Assembly (NCBI RefSeq): GCF_009914755.1
Contig: NC_060947.1
Origin: the human T2T-CHM13v2.0 reference genome, Homo sapiens
Strand: one strand, 5' to 3'
Length of the DNA stretch: 64,000 nt
Both the position numbers and the translations under genes were made by a program. Under the pieces are notes generated by a model that made no database searches, had not been told where the DNA came from, and saw only the letters and a program-made list of their open reading frames with translations. Positions 1-13,061 of this stretch are shown here, in pieces (within the stretch, counting starts at the first letter, position 1; each line of letters opens with the position of its first letter).

Positions 1-432
1 TTTTGAAAAGATAAACAAAATTGACAAGCCCTTAGCCAGACTAAGAAAAAAAAGAGGGAAGACTCACATAAATAAAATCAGAAATTAAAAAAGAGACATT
101 ACAACTGATACTGAAGAAACTGAAAAGATCATTAGTGGCTACTATGAGCAACAGCATGCCAATACATTGGAAAACATACAAGAAATAGACAAATTCCTAG
201 ACACATGCAACCTACCAAGATAGAACCAGAAAGAAATCCAAAACCTGAACAGACCAATAACAAGTAACCAGATTGGGTTGTTTGTAACATAAAGGATAAG
301 TGCTTGAAGGAAGGGATACCCAATTTTCCATGATGTGATTATCATGCTTTGCATGCCACTGCCAAAATATTTCACATACCCCATAAATATATACATCTAC
401 TATGTACCCACAATAATTAAAAATTAAAAATA
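1..432 (+). mobile_element. L1MA-type: ORF2 5' fragment joined near 274 to an L1MA 3' end
   Basis: L1 ORF2 'ttttgaaaagataaacaaaattgac...aacagaccaataacaag', then a 3'UTR ending 'tatgtacccacaataattaaaaa'. Confidence 0.8.
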
Positions 433-449
433 ATTCAACAGAAAAAAAG

Positions 450-740
450 TATTTAAAAAATGTGCCATATACATCAAACAAACATTTCACCAAAGAAGAT
501 CTATATATAGATGGCAAAAAACACAAGATGATCAAAATCTTTAGCTGTCAGGGAATTTCAAATTAAACTACAATGATATATCATAACACATTTTTCAGAA
601 TGGCCATAAAAATAGAGAAAATACCAAATGCTAGCGAGGATGTGGAATAACTGAGTCACTCATACATTGCTTCTAGAAATATAAAATGTTACAGCCACTC
701 TGGAAAACAGTTTGGCAATTTCTTTTAAAACTAAGCATGT
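450..740 (+). mobile_element. Old L1M ORF2 3' fragment
   Basis: 'catttcaccaaagaagat...cagccactctggaaaacagtttggcaattt'. Confidence 0.75.
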
Positions 741-2025
741 GAAGAGCGGCCAAGATTGCTGACTAGAAGCAGCTAATATGCATGGTTCTTACAGAGAGGA
801 AGCGAAGGGGCGAGTAAATACAGCACCTTCAACTAAAACATCCAGGTACTCACATTTGGACTAATCAAGGAAACAACTCAAACCATGAAGAAAGGAGAAA
901 AGCAAGGCAGGATGACAGCCCACCCAAGAGTGACACGGAGCCAAGGGAAGCTCCTCCACCCATAGAACCTGTGAGAGAATGTGTGACTCCAGGATCCCAC
1001 GCTTTCCCAATAGATTTTTGCAACCTTGGGTCAGGAGATCGCCTCATGAACCCATTCCACGAGGGCCTTCAGTCTGACACACACAGCTACACGGAGTCTT
1101 CACAGAGCAGCCGCTCAGGAGTGCACAGAGATCCAGGAGCTTTAGATACCCTGGCTTTCTGGGAGTCCTAGCAAAAGTAACTGCAACTCCGGAGAAGCGG
1201 GAGGTTAGATCCCTGTCCATACTCCTAGGAAAAAGGCTGAATCCAGAGGGCTGAGCAGTGACGATCTCTGAGCCCCACTTTCATGGCACCTCACAGGATA
1301 AGAACCACTGGCTTGGAATTCCAGCCAGCAACCAGTAGCAGTGTTGCACCTTCCTGGGACAAAGCTGCTGGGGAGAGGGGCAGACCACCACCTCTGCTGT
1401 TTGGGAGAGTCCTAACCAACTGGCGGTGAAAGCGATCCCCCAGCATAGCACAGCTACTCTACAAAAACGTGGTGAGACTACTTCTTTAAGTGAGTCCCTG
1501 ATCCCGTTCCTCCTCACTGGGCAGAACATCCCAAACAGAGCCTCCGGCCACCCTACCAGTGTTCTCCACCCGTCGGTTGTATGAAAACTCCGTGGAACAG
1601 AGCTCAGAATTGTATCAGACGGCGGGCTGCCAGGTTTGCTGTTTGGGTGACTTAGCTGTTCTAGCCTTTGGGCTCTGGAGAGTCCAAGCAGATTGGGGGC
1701 AGAAGTGGTACCCCAGCACAGCAAAACTGCCCTATGAAACGTGGCCAGACTGCCTTTTGAAGCAGATTCCTGATCTCCTTCCTCATCATTGGGTGCAGCA
1801 TCCCAACTGGGGTCTCCAGCTAACCCCACCAGTGTTCACCCGTTGACAAAGGTTTCAGGATTCCCTGGGACAGAGCTCCCAGAGGGAGGGGTGGGCTGCC
1901 ATCTTGGCTGTTTGCACGACTTAACCATAACAGCCTTCTGGCTTCAGAGTTTCCGAGGCAACTGGGGGCTGACGTGGAGCCCCAGCACATCGCAGATGCT
2001 CTAAGAAAACGTGGCCAGACAATTG
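741..2025 (+). mobile_element. Old primate L1 5'UTR (L1PA13-16/L1PREC-like), 3'-truncated
   Basis: Starts 'gcggccaagattgctgactagaagcagcta'; similar to the copy at 32281; internal ~270-bp subrepeats. Confidence 0.8.
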
Positions 2026-2239
2026 TGAGGAGCATCTTTGTGTTTTTCTCTGTATTCTCCAATGATCTAATGTCTTTCATTTTCTCTTGATTTTTTACAC
2101 TTTTTTATTTCAAAATTTTGCCCTCAAATGTGTGGGTATTTTTAATCGTGGGTCAGACTTCTATGTGTAAACATGTATGACAGAGGGATCTCCTCTGTCG
2201 TAACATGTATGACGGAGGGACTCCATGTCTCCATGGAGA

Positions 2240-3010
2240 ATACATCAGCAATACTCAAATTTTAAGAAACTCTGCAGGACAAATGACTCAATTTTTAAAA
2301 TAAATACATTACAATAAAAATGAGATGGAAGTGAAACTTATACATTAAAGCACACGTAAGAGGTATTAGCCAACCACAGTTGCGGATCTTCTTTGGATCC
2401 TGATTCAAATAAACACTTCAAAAACATATGCCATTTGTGAGCAAAGTTTCAATTTGGATCCTAAGTGGGTATTTAATGATATTAAGGAATTATTACTTTA
2501 AAGTATGATAATCGTATTGCAGTTATGCTTATAAAAAGTGTTAACTAAATGTGATGTGGTATGGTGGAACACAAAAGTAAAAATCTAGTCGAATCCAAAG
2601 TCTGGAGTTTAGGAGTAACGTATTAATGTTAGCTTCTCAGTTTTGACAACTGCGTTACGGTAATATAAAATGTTAACAATGTAAGAAACTGAGTTAGTAT
2701 ACAGAAAATCTATGTACTATTTGTCATCTTTTTTTGTAAATCAAAAATTATTGCAAAATAAAAAAGTTTACTAAGAAAAGGAGGGTTTATCTCCATAAAG
2801 GCATTTACTGAGACACTTATGAGTAACATTATACGATTTAGAGATTTTTCTTCAAAATACCATGTGGGGCAGAGAAATAGGTGAGATTATAGATTAAACA
2901 AGATTGGTCATAGACTGTTATGCATTGAAGCTGCGTTATGGTTGCATTTGAGTTCATTCTATTATTCTCTTTACTTTTGTGTATGTTTAAAGGGTTCCAT
3001 AATAAAAATA
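2240..3010 (+). mobile_element. L1ME-type 3'UTR with nested L1MC/MD-type 3' end (~2540-2770)
   Basis: 'gatattaaggaattatt', 'aaacaagattgg', 'tacttttgtgtatgttt'; insert ends 'aaaattattgcaaaataaaaaagttt'. Confidence 0.65.
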
Positions 3011-3279
3011 AAATTTGAAGTTATATACGTTAATTTATATAACTTTAAGTTACATACATAATTATAGTTATACATTATATAACTACAATTATTTAAATCA
3101 ATACGAGCCTTTCCAAAAGGGAAATGTACAAATTTCCAAAAGGGTTGTATCGATTTACATCCTTTACACTTTCCTTTAGAAAATAGCATCTACTGGCTGG
3201 GAATCTGGTAATGGCTGACTAATTCACATCAACTTGCCATCTGAGAACAATTACAAGGGTGTTGAAACGGAGGACATTT

Positions 3280-4400
3280 TAAAGATCCTAAGAGGCTACT
3301 TTGAAAAACCCTGTGCAAATAATTCGAAAAACTAGATTATGTGGGTATGTTTCTAGGAAAATAAAAGTTTTTAAAATTGGTCTCAGTAGGAACAGAAAAT
3401 CTAAACAAACCAACTACCACAGAGGAAATGGAGAAAGTATCAAAAGAGTTTCTCCAGCATGAAAACAAGATGTTTTTACAGGGAAATTCTATCAAACATT
3501 TAATGGTTAGATTATTCCAACATTATTAAAAATATTCCAGAGTTCATAAAAGAAGAAAAACTTCCAAATTTGTTTTCTGATGTGTTTTAACATTAGCCAG
3601 GCAAATAACACAACAAAGAATTCACTAGTTCTGTACATTAAAAAAATACATCATTTCCAAACAGGTATTACTGCAGATATGCAAATCTATTAATAATTCA
3701 ATATTGGAAAATACAGTAAGAGAACACAGCATTTTAAAACAGCTAATGAAAAAAATATATAATCACCATAGATACATGAATGGTTTTGATACACCCATTC
3801 ATTTTGAAAGCTGTCAGTAAAAGAGCAATGGATGGGATTGCAATAAAAAAGATGAGATAGAAGGGAAACCTATACATTAACCTATATATTTTCATATGTA
3901 TCAACGATACCTATGTGTATATATACATACACAGACATGCATATATGTATATATGTGTATATATATACGTGTGTGTGCATAACACTCATATAATACATGT
4001 ACATATACATATTTGTCCAACATCTTACTTATCATTGGGGAAAAAAATCAGAAACATTTTCACTAAAGTCAGGAAGAAGATGAGAAGCCCACTATCTACA
4101 CTACTATTTAACATTGTTTTTGATACTTAGTAATTTAGGAATATGTTTTAAAGTTTCCAGATGGATTATTTTCTGATGTGTTATTGATTTCTAATTCTAT
4201 TGCATTATGGTGAGAGAATTATGATATATAATATATATATATTTTTTAATTTATTAGGGTTTTCTTTTTGGCTTCAGATATAGTCAGTTGTAGACAATGT
4301 CTACATTAGTTGAAAGTAAAGTGAACTCCTGTTAATGGAGTTCTAAGTGCTATATATAAATGAATTTCTACTCTATTGATAACATAGCTTAGGTCTTTTA
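3280..4400. mobile_element. Degraded old L1 ORF2 fragments (+ to ~4125, then -) with a TA/TG-rich tract
   Basis: 'gggaaattctatcaaacattt', 'actactatttaacattgt'. Confidence 0.6.
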
Positions 4401-4422
4401 TGTTACTTAGTAAGTATAAGCA

Positions 4423-4507
4423 GTCTCGAACTCCTGACCTTAAGTGATCCGCCTGCCTCGGCCTCCCAAAGTGCTGGAATTACAGGCATGAGCCACCTCG
4501 CCTGGCC
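4423..4507 (-). mobile_element. Alu left-arm fragment
   Basis: 'ctcgaactcctgacct...cctcccaaagtgctgg'. Confidence 0.9.
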
Positions 4508-5236
4508 TGCAATTTAATCTTATTAATTAATTTTTCCTTTGGGATTTTATTGTATGTATATTTTCAGTAGCAAAATTTTATATCAGAAGACAATGGAGCA
4601 ACTAATTTTAAAAACTCAAGAAATATGAATCAAGAATTTTATATCGAGTCAAAGGAAACAGAAGAAAGTGAAGGGCTCTTTGCTAAGCATATTTCCTAAT
4701 ACCTAAGAAAAGGCAAATCCTGAAGTAGCTTGGGAAATGTGCAAACAGCAGCTGAAACTAGAAGGGATTTTTGCACAATCCACTTTGTGGGTAAGTTCAA
4801 GGAGCTTGTTTTAAGGTCAGAAATGAATAAAGCAGTCAGGGTCCTATTAACTCTCCAAACTAACCAGCTGAACTTTCTTCTGAATCTTTTTTATCTTTTT
4901 CTTTGCTTCTTTTTAAAGTTTATTCTTTTCAAATTTTATTTTCCTTCAGAAGCATTATTCCATGTTTAATTAATCTTGTAATCCTTTTAGTATAATCTTT
5001 ATTTCTAAAATTACTTAATAATTATTTTCATGGTATAATCACATCATTCTAAATTTGTGCAATTCACATTTACATTATGTATCTTATATTATTTTGTTAA
5101 TTCCTTTTACCTTGTTTTGAAATCTTAGGTAACATATTTGTTTTGTGGATGTGCCTTTCTATGAAAGCTTTTATTGCCTATACTGATATTATTCTGTTTA
5201 TGTATCACACATAAATGTATTATTCTATTCTTATTA

Positions 5237-5534
5237 TTTTTTTTGTTTTTGAGACAGAGTCTCACTCTGTCACCCAGGCTAGAGTGCAGTGGCACCATCT
5301 CGGCTCACTGCAACCTCCCCCTCCTGGGTTCAAGCGAATTCTCCTGCCTCAGCCTCCCAAGTAGCTGGGATTACAGGCATGTGCTACCACGCCCAGCTAA
5401 TTTTAGTATTTCTAGTAGAGACGGGGTTTTGCCGTATTGGCCAGGCTGGTCTCAATCTCCTGACCTCAGGTGATCCACTCACCTTGGCCTCCCCAAGTGC
5501 CAGGATTACAGGCGTGAGCCACTGCGCCCAGCCT
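5237..5534 (-). mobile_element. AluS
   Basis: Full-length dimer with T-tract. Confidence 0.95.
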
Positions 5535-6019
5535 CTATTTTTAAATAATACATTCCTGTAATATTCTCTCATGATAATCTGCTGTTTTGTTTTTATGTGG
5601 AATTCATTTTCTTAAACTTTTAGGAAGGTGGCGTAGATTAGATTTTCTGGCTTCATGGCTATAAAGTTCCCTTTCTTTGATTTTTGCAATCTATTCCAAA
5701 AAAATGACCATATACTTACTGTGATCTCCTGGCTCTCTTCCCTCACTGCTATATTAACTACCTGCTTCCTTTGTCTCTGGAGTCCCTGTTTTTCTGGATT
5801 GGGATACTACTGCCAGGGATTGCTCTTCAATCTAGGGTTTTGGACCGATTGATACATTGTGGATGTATTTTTAAGTTATATCCAGCAAGATTTACTAATA
5901 ATTAACAGAAGAGAAATCTTAAATTACAAATGTAGGAATATACAGAAATAATTATTTGAGCAACATGGAAAAACAGATTATAATTAAAAATAAAACACTA
6001 CCATTTGGGAACTTTTTAA

Positions 6020-6570
6020 AAAAAACCTGCTAATCATTAGGTATAGGGTGTAAAAGAAAGAGAGGATTAATGATGATGCCAAGGGATTTGTCCTGAGCAG
6101 TGGAAAGACTGTTTCCTTTAACGAGTGTGAGGGAGGTGAATTGAGGAGCAAGTTGGAGTAGAGGAGGGGCAGGGATTGAACGTGAAAATTTAGGCATGTA
6201 AATTTTGAGCAATACATTAGACATGAAAGTGGAGATACCAAGTTAAAAACGTACATGAAATTCAGAGAAGCTATCAAGGCTGAAGATATACCTTTATTTA
6301 GGCAATGTAAATAAATATATGGCCTTAAAATTATGATACTAGATGAAATCACCAAGGGGATAAAAGGAACGTATGCTAATAAGAGATCTAAGGAGTAATC
6401 TTGAGTCTCTCCAGATAAAGAAAACTAAGAAGGAGGGCTAGTGAAACAAGGGAAAATTAAGAGTAAGATGCCTTGGAATGCCTTAGAAGTTAATGGAAGA
6501 AAATGTTTCCAGGAGGAGGAAGTAATCACCACCTATGACGAATGCTACTGATACCTACATCAAATAAAAT
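6020..6570 (-). mobile_element. L2
   Basis: Purine-rich antisense L2 motifs 'ggcatgtaaattttgag', 'gatgaaatcaccaagg'. Confidence 0.75.
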
Positions 6571-6579
6571 GTACTAGTC

Positions 6580-6715
6580 CATCTCACCAAGGTACAGATG
6601 GAGAAACTGAACCCCAGAGAATGCACGGAATTGTTTCGACATCTCAGAGCTAAAGGCAGGCCTAGTGTTAGCACTCATGTCACCTTAACCCCAATCTCAT
6701 GCTGTTGTTGTTTCT
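6580..6715 (-). mobile_element. MIR
   Basis: 'acagatggagaaactgaaccccagaga'. Confidence 0.65.
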
Positions 6716-6907
6716 CACTAATCTTCAGTATTCAATCCAGCAGCTTTCCATCCCAAGAAGTTTTGAATTATATTAACAAGTTGATATATCCAAAACTATA
6801 AAATCTTTAGTCAATATGAATGATTATGTCTACTTTTAACACTGTTAATTTAAATCTAGAGAGGGCTTTCATAAAAAGCCCTCCTTAAGAAGTAGAAAGA
6901 TACTTAC

Positions 6908-6977
6908 CAGATCATCTGAAATCTCGTAACACCAGATAGCCAGAAGACCAGGGTACAGTGGATTACAATAAGCAATT
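6908..6977 (-). pseudogene. 70-bp exon (LLIVIHCTLVFWLSGVTRFQMI) with near-consensus splice sites
   Basis: Acceptor gttttatcttcttatttttag, donor CTG|GTAAGTA; two frames are open. Confidence 0.6.
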
Positions 6978-7174
6978 CTAAAAATAAGAAGATAAAACAT
7001 TAATTAACCACATTACATCTTTTTTTTTGAGCAGGGAGTATCATCTGGTGATACTGTCAAGACGGTGGAAGTAGGTGCTAGTGTCAGCTCTAACATAGTT
7101 ATCCACCTATAGACACCAAGGGGATAGTGCTCCAACATAGATTTTGTAATTCTAACATGAAAAATAATAAAGTT

Positions 7175-7555
<381 letters not shown>

Positions 7556-7869
7556 TCAGTAATGTTTTACTAAAAAAGACTTGAAAATCTCTGGACCCAT
7601 TTGAAATACTTCACTATTCTGTTGATGTAATTAGCCTTTCTATTACATTTGAATTGGCCTTTACACAGTGATATATATTTTTTTTTTACCTTGGCTGTCT
7701 CATGCAAGTTACATACCTCTCTGAGCTTCAGGGCATTTTTTTCTACTTTGGAAAAAATAAGATTAATAATACAAAAAATGCAGAGACTATAACAGCAAAG
7801 ACTTAGGTTAATATTTTTCCATACTTATGTACTTATGTCATATTTAACAAATACAAGCCACTAAATATT

Positions 7870-9060
7870 TCTGATAAAATGTGTCTCTATAATTCCTTCC
7901 TCAATCCCATTCTCCTACCTTAGCTTCTCCCTGGAGGAAACAACTGAATTTTATGTTTATCCTACCAATCCATATATACACACACACATATATATATATT
8001 ACTATCACACATATTTTTAAGTTACCCAAATGCATCTATACTATGTATATCTTCCTACAAATTACTTATTATACTCAAAATTAGATTTTAGAAATCTATC
8101 ATTATTGATACATAGATCTAATTCATTATCTTTAACTGCTACATAACATCATACCTCATAAATATACCAAATTTTCTCTGTCCATTTTCCTATTGATGGA
8201 CATTTAAATCATGTCCAATCTTTAACTATTACATACTGCACTGCAGTGAACTTACGACGTGTACCTCTTTGCATTCAAATAGGAAAACTTCCATAGAAAT
8301 CATATCTAGAAGTAGAATTGCTGGGTTTCAGTGTACGCACATATTTAGATTTTCTAGCTATTTCCAAATTGTCCTCTGCAAAACAATTGGCCTAATTTAT
8401 GCCCTTATCAGAAGTATACACCGGTTATTGACAGATTTTATAGTTTTGCCAACATGAAAACTATAAAATGGTATTTCACTGATGTTTATATTTTCATTTC
8501 CCTGATTAACATACAGGTATAGCATCTTTTCACATATTTATTCCACATTCAATTTTCTCTATTGTAAATTACCTATTTGTGTTTAGTGTCTATTTTTGTC
8601 TTGAATTGTTCATACTCTTCTTATTCACTTGTAGAACGTTTTCATATATTTTCATTTCTAGTCCCGTCTTCATTGCATATATTGGAAATATCTTCTAATC
8701 TGTCATATGTCTTTCGACTTTTTCATGGTGTCTTCTTTTTGTCATATTAACGTTTTAAATTTTGATGTAGTATTTTTTAAAAGAAATATTTTAAAATAAA
8801 CACTCTTTACCCACAAGATCATAACCCTTTCATATAGATATTTTAAACATATTTAATCTTTTGTGGTTCACATTTAGATTTTAAAGCCTTTGAAATTTTT
8901 TAAAAAATATATGGTGGGTTTGAAGTAGGAATTTAGGGTTTTGTTTTTCACTTCTCTGGTAACCAATTGTCCAAAAACACCACATGTTAAATAGTCATTT
9001 TTTCCCTACTAATCTCTAATACTAACTCTGATACACACCAAGTTTCCTTATATGTGTCGC
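7870..9060 (-). mobile_element. L1ME-type
   Basis: 'ccattttcctattgatggacattta', 'tagaagtagaattgctggg'. Confidence 0.8.
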
Positions 9061-9179
9061 TGATGAATTTTCTTTGTAAAGTATAAAACTGCGACATTAA
9101 CATATTGAGCTGCTTTATTATAGGGAGTTCTTAAAAGGTCTGTGTGGGCCAAGAGTGAGAAATTGAAACACTTCCATAC

Positions 9180-9308
9180 AATCCTCTGGATCTGTCTTTT
9201 GATATTCACCCTCTGGTTTCAAGATATCTGTCAAGTTAATAGAAGACGGCATTGTAAGATGATGAGAACCAATTTCAAGGTAGGTGGCAATAAGAGATGC
9301 CCCTTATA
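9180..9308 (-). pseudogene. Exon relic: *GASLIATYLEIGSHHLTMPSSINLTDILKPEGEYQKTDPED
   Basis: Acceptor cagcctctccacag; phase-1 entry; donor candidates at 9210 or 9180, both phase 1. Confidence 0.5.
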
Positions 9309-9384
9309 CTGTGGAGAGGCTGGGAACACTCATTAAAGAGATGAACTATAATTAAATTATAAACCAAACGAAGGTCGCTCACCA

Positions 9385-9545
9385 GCAGTGTATCTTTGAG
9401 CAAAGTACTTGATATTTCTGTCATCTATTAAATGGTCATAATAATGCCTGTATGATAGGATGGTTATGAGAAATAAATAAGACGTGTGCAAAATGCTGAC
9501 GATGGTACCTTACATATAACAACAGTTTAGTAAATGTCTGTTTTC
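9385..9545 (+). mobile_element. MIR
   Basis: MIR core and 3' half 'tcatctattaaatgg...ataggatggttatgag'. Confidence 0.65.
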
Positions 9546-9703
9546 CCCTAACAATGGATGAATGCTTACAGTTGCATTTAACAATTAATTCTGTTCACTG
9601 AATTTCGTAACTATCTCTCCATTCTTGTGACCGTGTCCACTCCCCCACCTGCTGAGAAAGTTCTGACATGTAATGATTTTAGGTAACCAAGGGGTGGACT
9701 TAC

Positions 9704-9810
9704 CATCAAATGCTGTCCACAGAAGTATTCTTGGAACAGAAATGTGTCTCAATTAGCTTTTCCAAGCCAGGATTCACTCTTCACCCTCAGGAGGTACAGC
9801 AGGATGCTAG
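9704..9810 (-). pseudogene. Exon relic: ...LRHISVPRILLWTAFD
   Basis: Donor ATG|GTAAGT; the 5' side abuts MER5A. Confidence 0.45.
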
Positions 9811-9815
9811 TCGTA

Positions 9816-10005
9816 TAATGGTTCTCATACATTGGCATCTATCAGAATCTCCTGAAGGGCTTGTTGAACACAAATTGCTGAACCCTGCCTCGGATTTTCT
9901 GGTTCTGTAGGTCTAGTTTGAGATCCAGGAGTTTTCCTCTCAATAACAAGTCCCCAGGGGATGTTGGTGCTGCTAGTTGAGGAGACCACACTCTGAGAAC
10001 CACTA
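9816..10005. mobile_element. MER5A (hAT-Charlie MITE)
   Basis: Terminal inverted repeats taatggttctca / tgagaaccacta. Confidence 0.85.
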
Positions 10006-10046
10006 CTCTATAGTGTCACTACATGTGTGTTATTGCTATTGAACAC

Positions 10047-10273
10047 CTCCTTGCTAATGTTCTCTTTGAAAATATGCTGCACTGGAGAAATTTAGTTACG
10101 ATTCGCCATGCAATGACCATTCATACAAATCTAGAGAAGATTTTAGAAGAACGTATTGTACTATAATTACGTTATTTGAAGTCAATTTGGGACACTGGTT
10201 GTAAAAAGTAGCTATTTAAAATTGTGGAGCAAATAAATCATTGGGTTTCCAACAGGGCAGAAAATGTAGATTC
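10047..10273 (-). pseudogene. Exon relic: ESTFSALLETQ*FICSTILNSYFLQPVSQIDFK ... LYEWSLHGES*LNFSSAAYF
   Basis: 79-bp GT..AG intron upstream with phase-0 continuity. Resembles the linker leading into the first WD40 repeat. Confidence 0.6.
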
Positions 10274-10352
10274 CTGTAAAACTACATTTGTTCAATTCAT
10301 TTGTTAAGAGAAGCTACAGTGACAAATTCAATGTGCTGTATATTTTACTTAC

Positions 10353-10468
10353 AGCGAGCTCATTAATACTAAATCTTCAATGGAATCATACAAGCAAAAC
10401 AACTGGATTAGAAGTAATGTCTGCTGGGACCAGTTTTAGATAATGGAAAACAAAAAGAAAATCTGCTT
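10353..10468 (-). pseudogene. Exon relic: ADFLFVFHYLKLVPADITSNPVVLLV*FH*RFSINELA
   Basis: Acceptor ttttatgttttatcag, donor GCT|GTAAGT. Both stops are TGA, compatible with CpG decay of CGA. Confidence 0.7.
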
Positions 10469-10579
10469 CTGATAAAACATAAAACGCTGAGATCTAATCA
10501 GTCTAAGATACAGCTTGGACATAGTTGAAATAACATTGCACATATAATCAAAGAACTGTTTCTAATTGCTAAATATTTC

Positions 10580-10770
10580 ATTAAATAGCCATATAAACTT
10601 GAACAAGCATCGTAACCTGAAAACTCTGATTTTCAGTTTTCTTATCTGTAAAGTGGGAATGATAATGCTTAACTTATAAGATTTTTGTAAATAATATATA
10701 TAAATCCACTTCCTAAACAATATATATAAATCTGCTTCATAAACTATAAAATGCTATCAATATTTAAGTA
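10580..10770 (+). mobile_element. MIR
   Basis: 'cagttttcttatctgtaaagtgggaatgataat'. Confidence 0.7.
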
Positions 10771-10886
10771 TCATGTGTTAATCAACAACGTATTAAGGCA
10801 CACAGCAAGTTACTAATACTTGAAAGTTTCTCCTCCACAAAACTAACTGAAAGGAGCAAAGCGGACATCCCTAACTCTCCCTAGAT

Positions 10887-11070
10887 TAGTGTTGGCAGAT
10901 TCGGCAAATGAAAATACAGAATGCACAAACACGAATTTCAGATGAACAACAAATAATTTTTAGTGTATTTCACATGCAATAGTTGGGATATACATATAAC
11001 GAACATTTTATTCACAGTTTACCTCGAATTCAAATTTAACCCTATATCCTGTGATTTATCTGGTAACTCT
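10887..11070. mobile_element. MER53 palindromic MITE
   Basis: 'tagtgttggcagat...gaatttcagatgaacaac...gaattcaaatttaac...atctggtaactcta'. Confidence 0.85.
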
Positions 11071-11629
11071 ATCCAAGAAACTTACATTCCTAGAAATGAC
11101 TCAATATTTCCACTTTCCTTAAACCTTTACACCGTTCTGCAACTCGTGGCCCCTAACTCTTGAAAGTGAACAATCTCTTCTCCTACTTCATGGAAAAAAT
11201 GTTCCTTAGCCTAGGTCAGTACACACAGCACTTATACCACCTCAATAGGCATGTCTAATTTCCAGAGTTCTTCATTTGCCCCTACTGCTACTGGGAATCT
11301 TTCATTTTCAGCTGCCTCACATATGATGACATACTCAACTAATTTTGTTCCTCACAGCCATATTGTGAGCCCTTCAGGCAGGTGTTATACTATGCTGATT
11401 GAAACTGTAAAGAAGCTAAAACTCTGAAAATTAAGTGACGTAGGCAATATGGGGCTGAGCAAGAACTAAATGCCTTTTCTTGAATCTTTACCCAGGCCTC
11501 ATTCCCTTCTACACACGTTGCAACCCCAACCCCTGATACCCTGATCACAGCCACCAACAGAAGGAAGAGGAAAAAAGGAGTTATCTGGTCACACGGGTAG
11601 AAGTGAATTAAGAAGTCGATAGGCATTAC

Positions 11630-11938
11630 TATGTATAAGTGAGAACTAATTGAATCAAGAAATTGATGACACCTGATATAATGGCTGAAGGTAAAACAAA
11701 GCCATCCATTCTAGTTGCTGCATCCTGAAGATTCCAAGCTCCAGGTGAGGGCATCCAAGCTCTTCCATGACTCATTAAGCATACTCGACTTGTTCATATG
11801 GGAAGTTCATCCATGCATGCAGAAGAAAAAACAACTAACAGCAGGGTTTTCAGTACTCAGCAGGGTAAAAAGTTGTTATATTTGTGCTGCCAAAGCTTTT
11901 CTGGTTGTTGTTTACTCAGTTTGGAATTTTTAGTTACC
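11630..11938 (-). pseudogene. Exon relic: KQQPEKLW ... CMDELP / YEQVEYA**VMEELGCPHLELG ... LEWM / IISGVINFLIQLVLTY
   Basis: Pyrimidine-rich acceptor region. QP..W, ELP-Y, EEL and W motifs of the post-NACHT helical region of NWD/TEP1/NPHP3-type proteins. Confidence 0.65.
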
Positions 11939-12410
11939 CTTGTACATGAAAAAAAGAAACTAAAAAGCCCTGTGGATTTCAAGCTATGGTGGAGTGTTCC
12001 ACAGGGAAGTCTCAAGTACATGCTTGATTGATTGTCATTGTCTTTAGTACTATTTGTTTTTCTTTAAAATTTTAATTATTATGAATATATAATAATTATA
12101 CACACTTATGGAGTACAGGTGATATTCATACAATGATCTCATGAAAGATACCTCCTCACGCCTTAGGAGAGCCAATACTGTCAATACCAATACCTCCTAA
12201 AGCTGTATTTTTTCTTTAATTTCTCTTAAGTTCTAATAAGGCAAATACTCGAAGTCTAGTTCATATCTGAATGGAGAGCTGTGTAAAGAGCATACAAATC
12301 CTACAGAATAATGATTTTCTAACTTACTGGCATATTGAAATAAGTTGTGTCAGAGGCATTTCAACCAGAGCAACTCCATCTTGGGTAGGGGCTGAGTGAA
12401 ATAAGGCTGA

Positions 12411-12869
<459 letters not shown>

Positions 12870-13031
12870 TGATGAAAGTGACCTTTAGTTGTCCTCACTG
12901 CTCATTATATGTTAATTACAATCATTAGCATATGATAAAAGACACTCCCACCAGTGCCATGATAGTTTACAAATGCCACGGCAACGTTCAGAAGTTACCT
13001 TATATGGTCTAAAAAGGGGAGGAACCCTCAG

Positions 13032-13061
13032 TTCAGGGAATTGCCTGCCCCTTTCCCAGAA
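13032..13061. promoter_or_regulatory. Tandem GAS (STAT) motifs in MER41
   Basis: TTCAGGGAA at 13032-13040 and TTCCCAGAA at 13053-13061; both fit TTCN3GAA. Confidence 0.6.

Noticed and set aside
1281-1829. 182-aa minus-strand ORF
   Set aside because: Antisense of a GC-rich L1 5'UTR with a non-ATG start; no evidence of coding function.
4701-4756. Possible further minus-strand exon (cccttctag ... TAG|GTATTA)
   Set aside because: The expected frame ends in a stop and shows no motif; could be chance.
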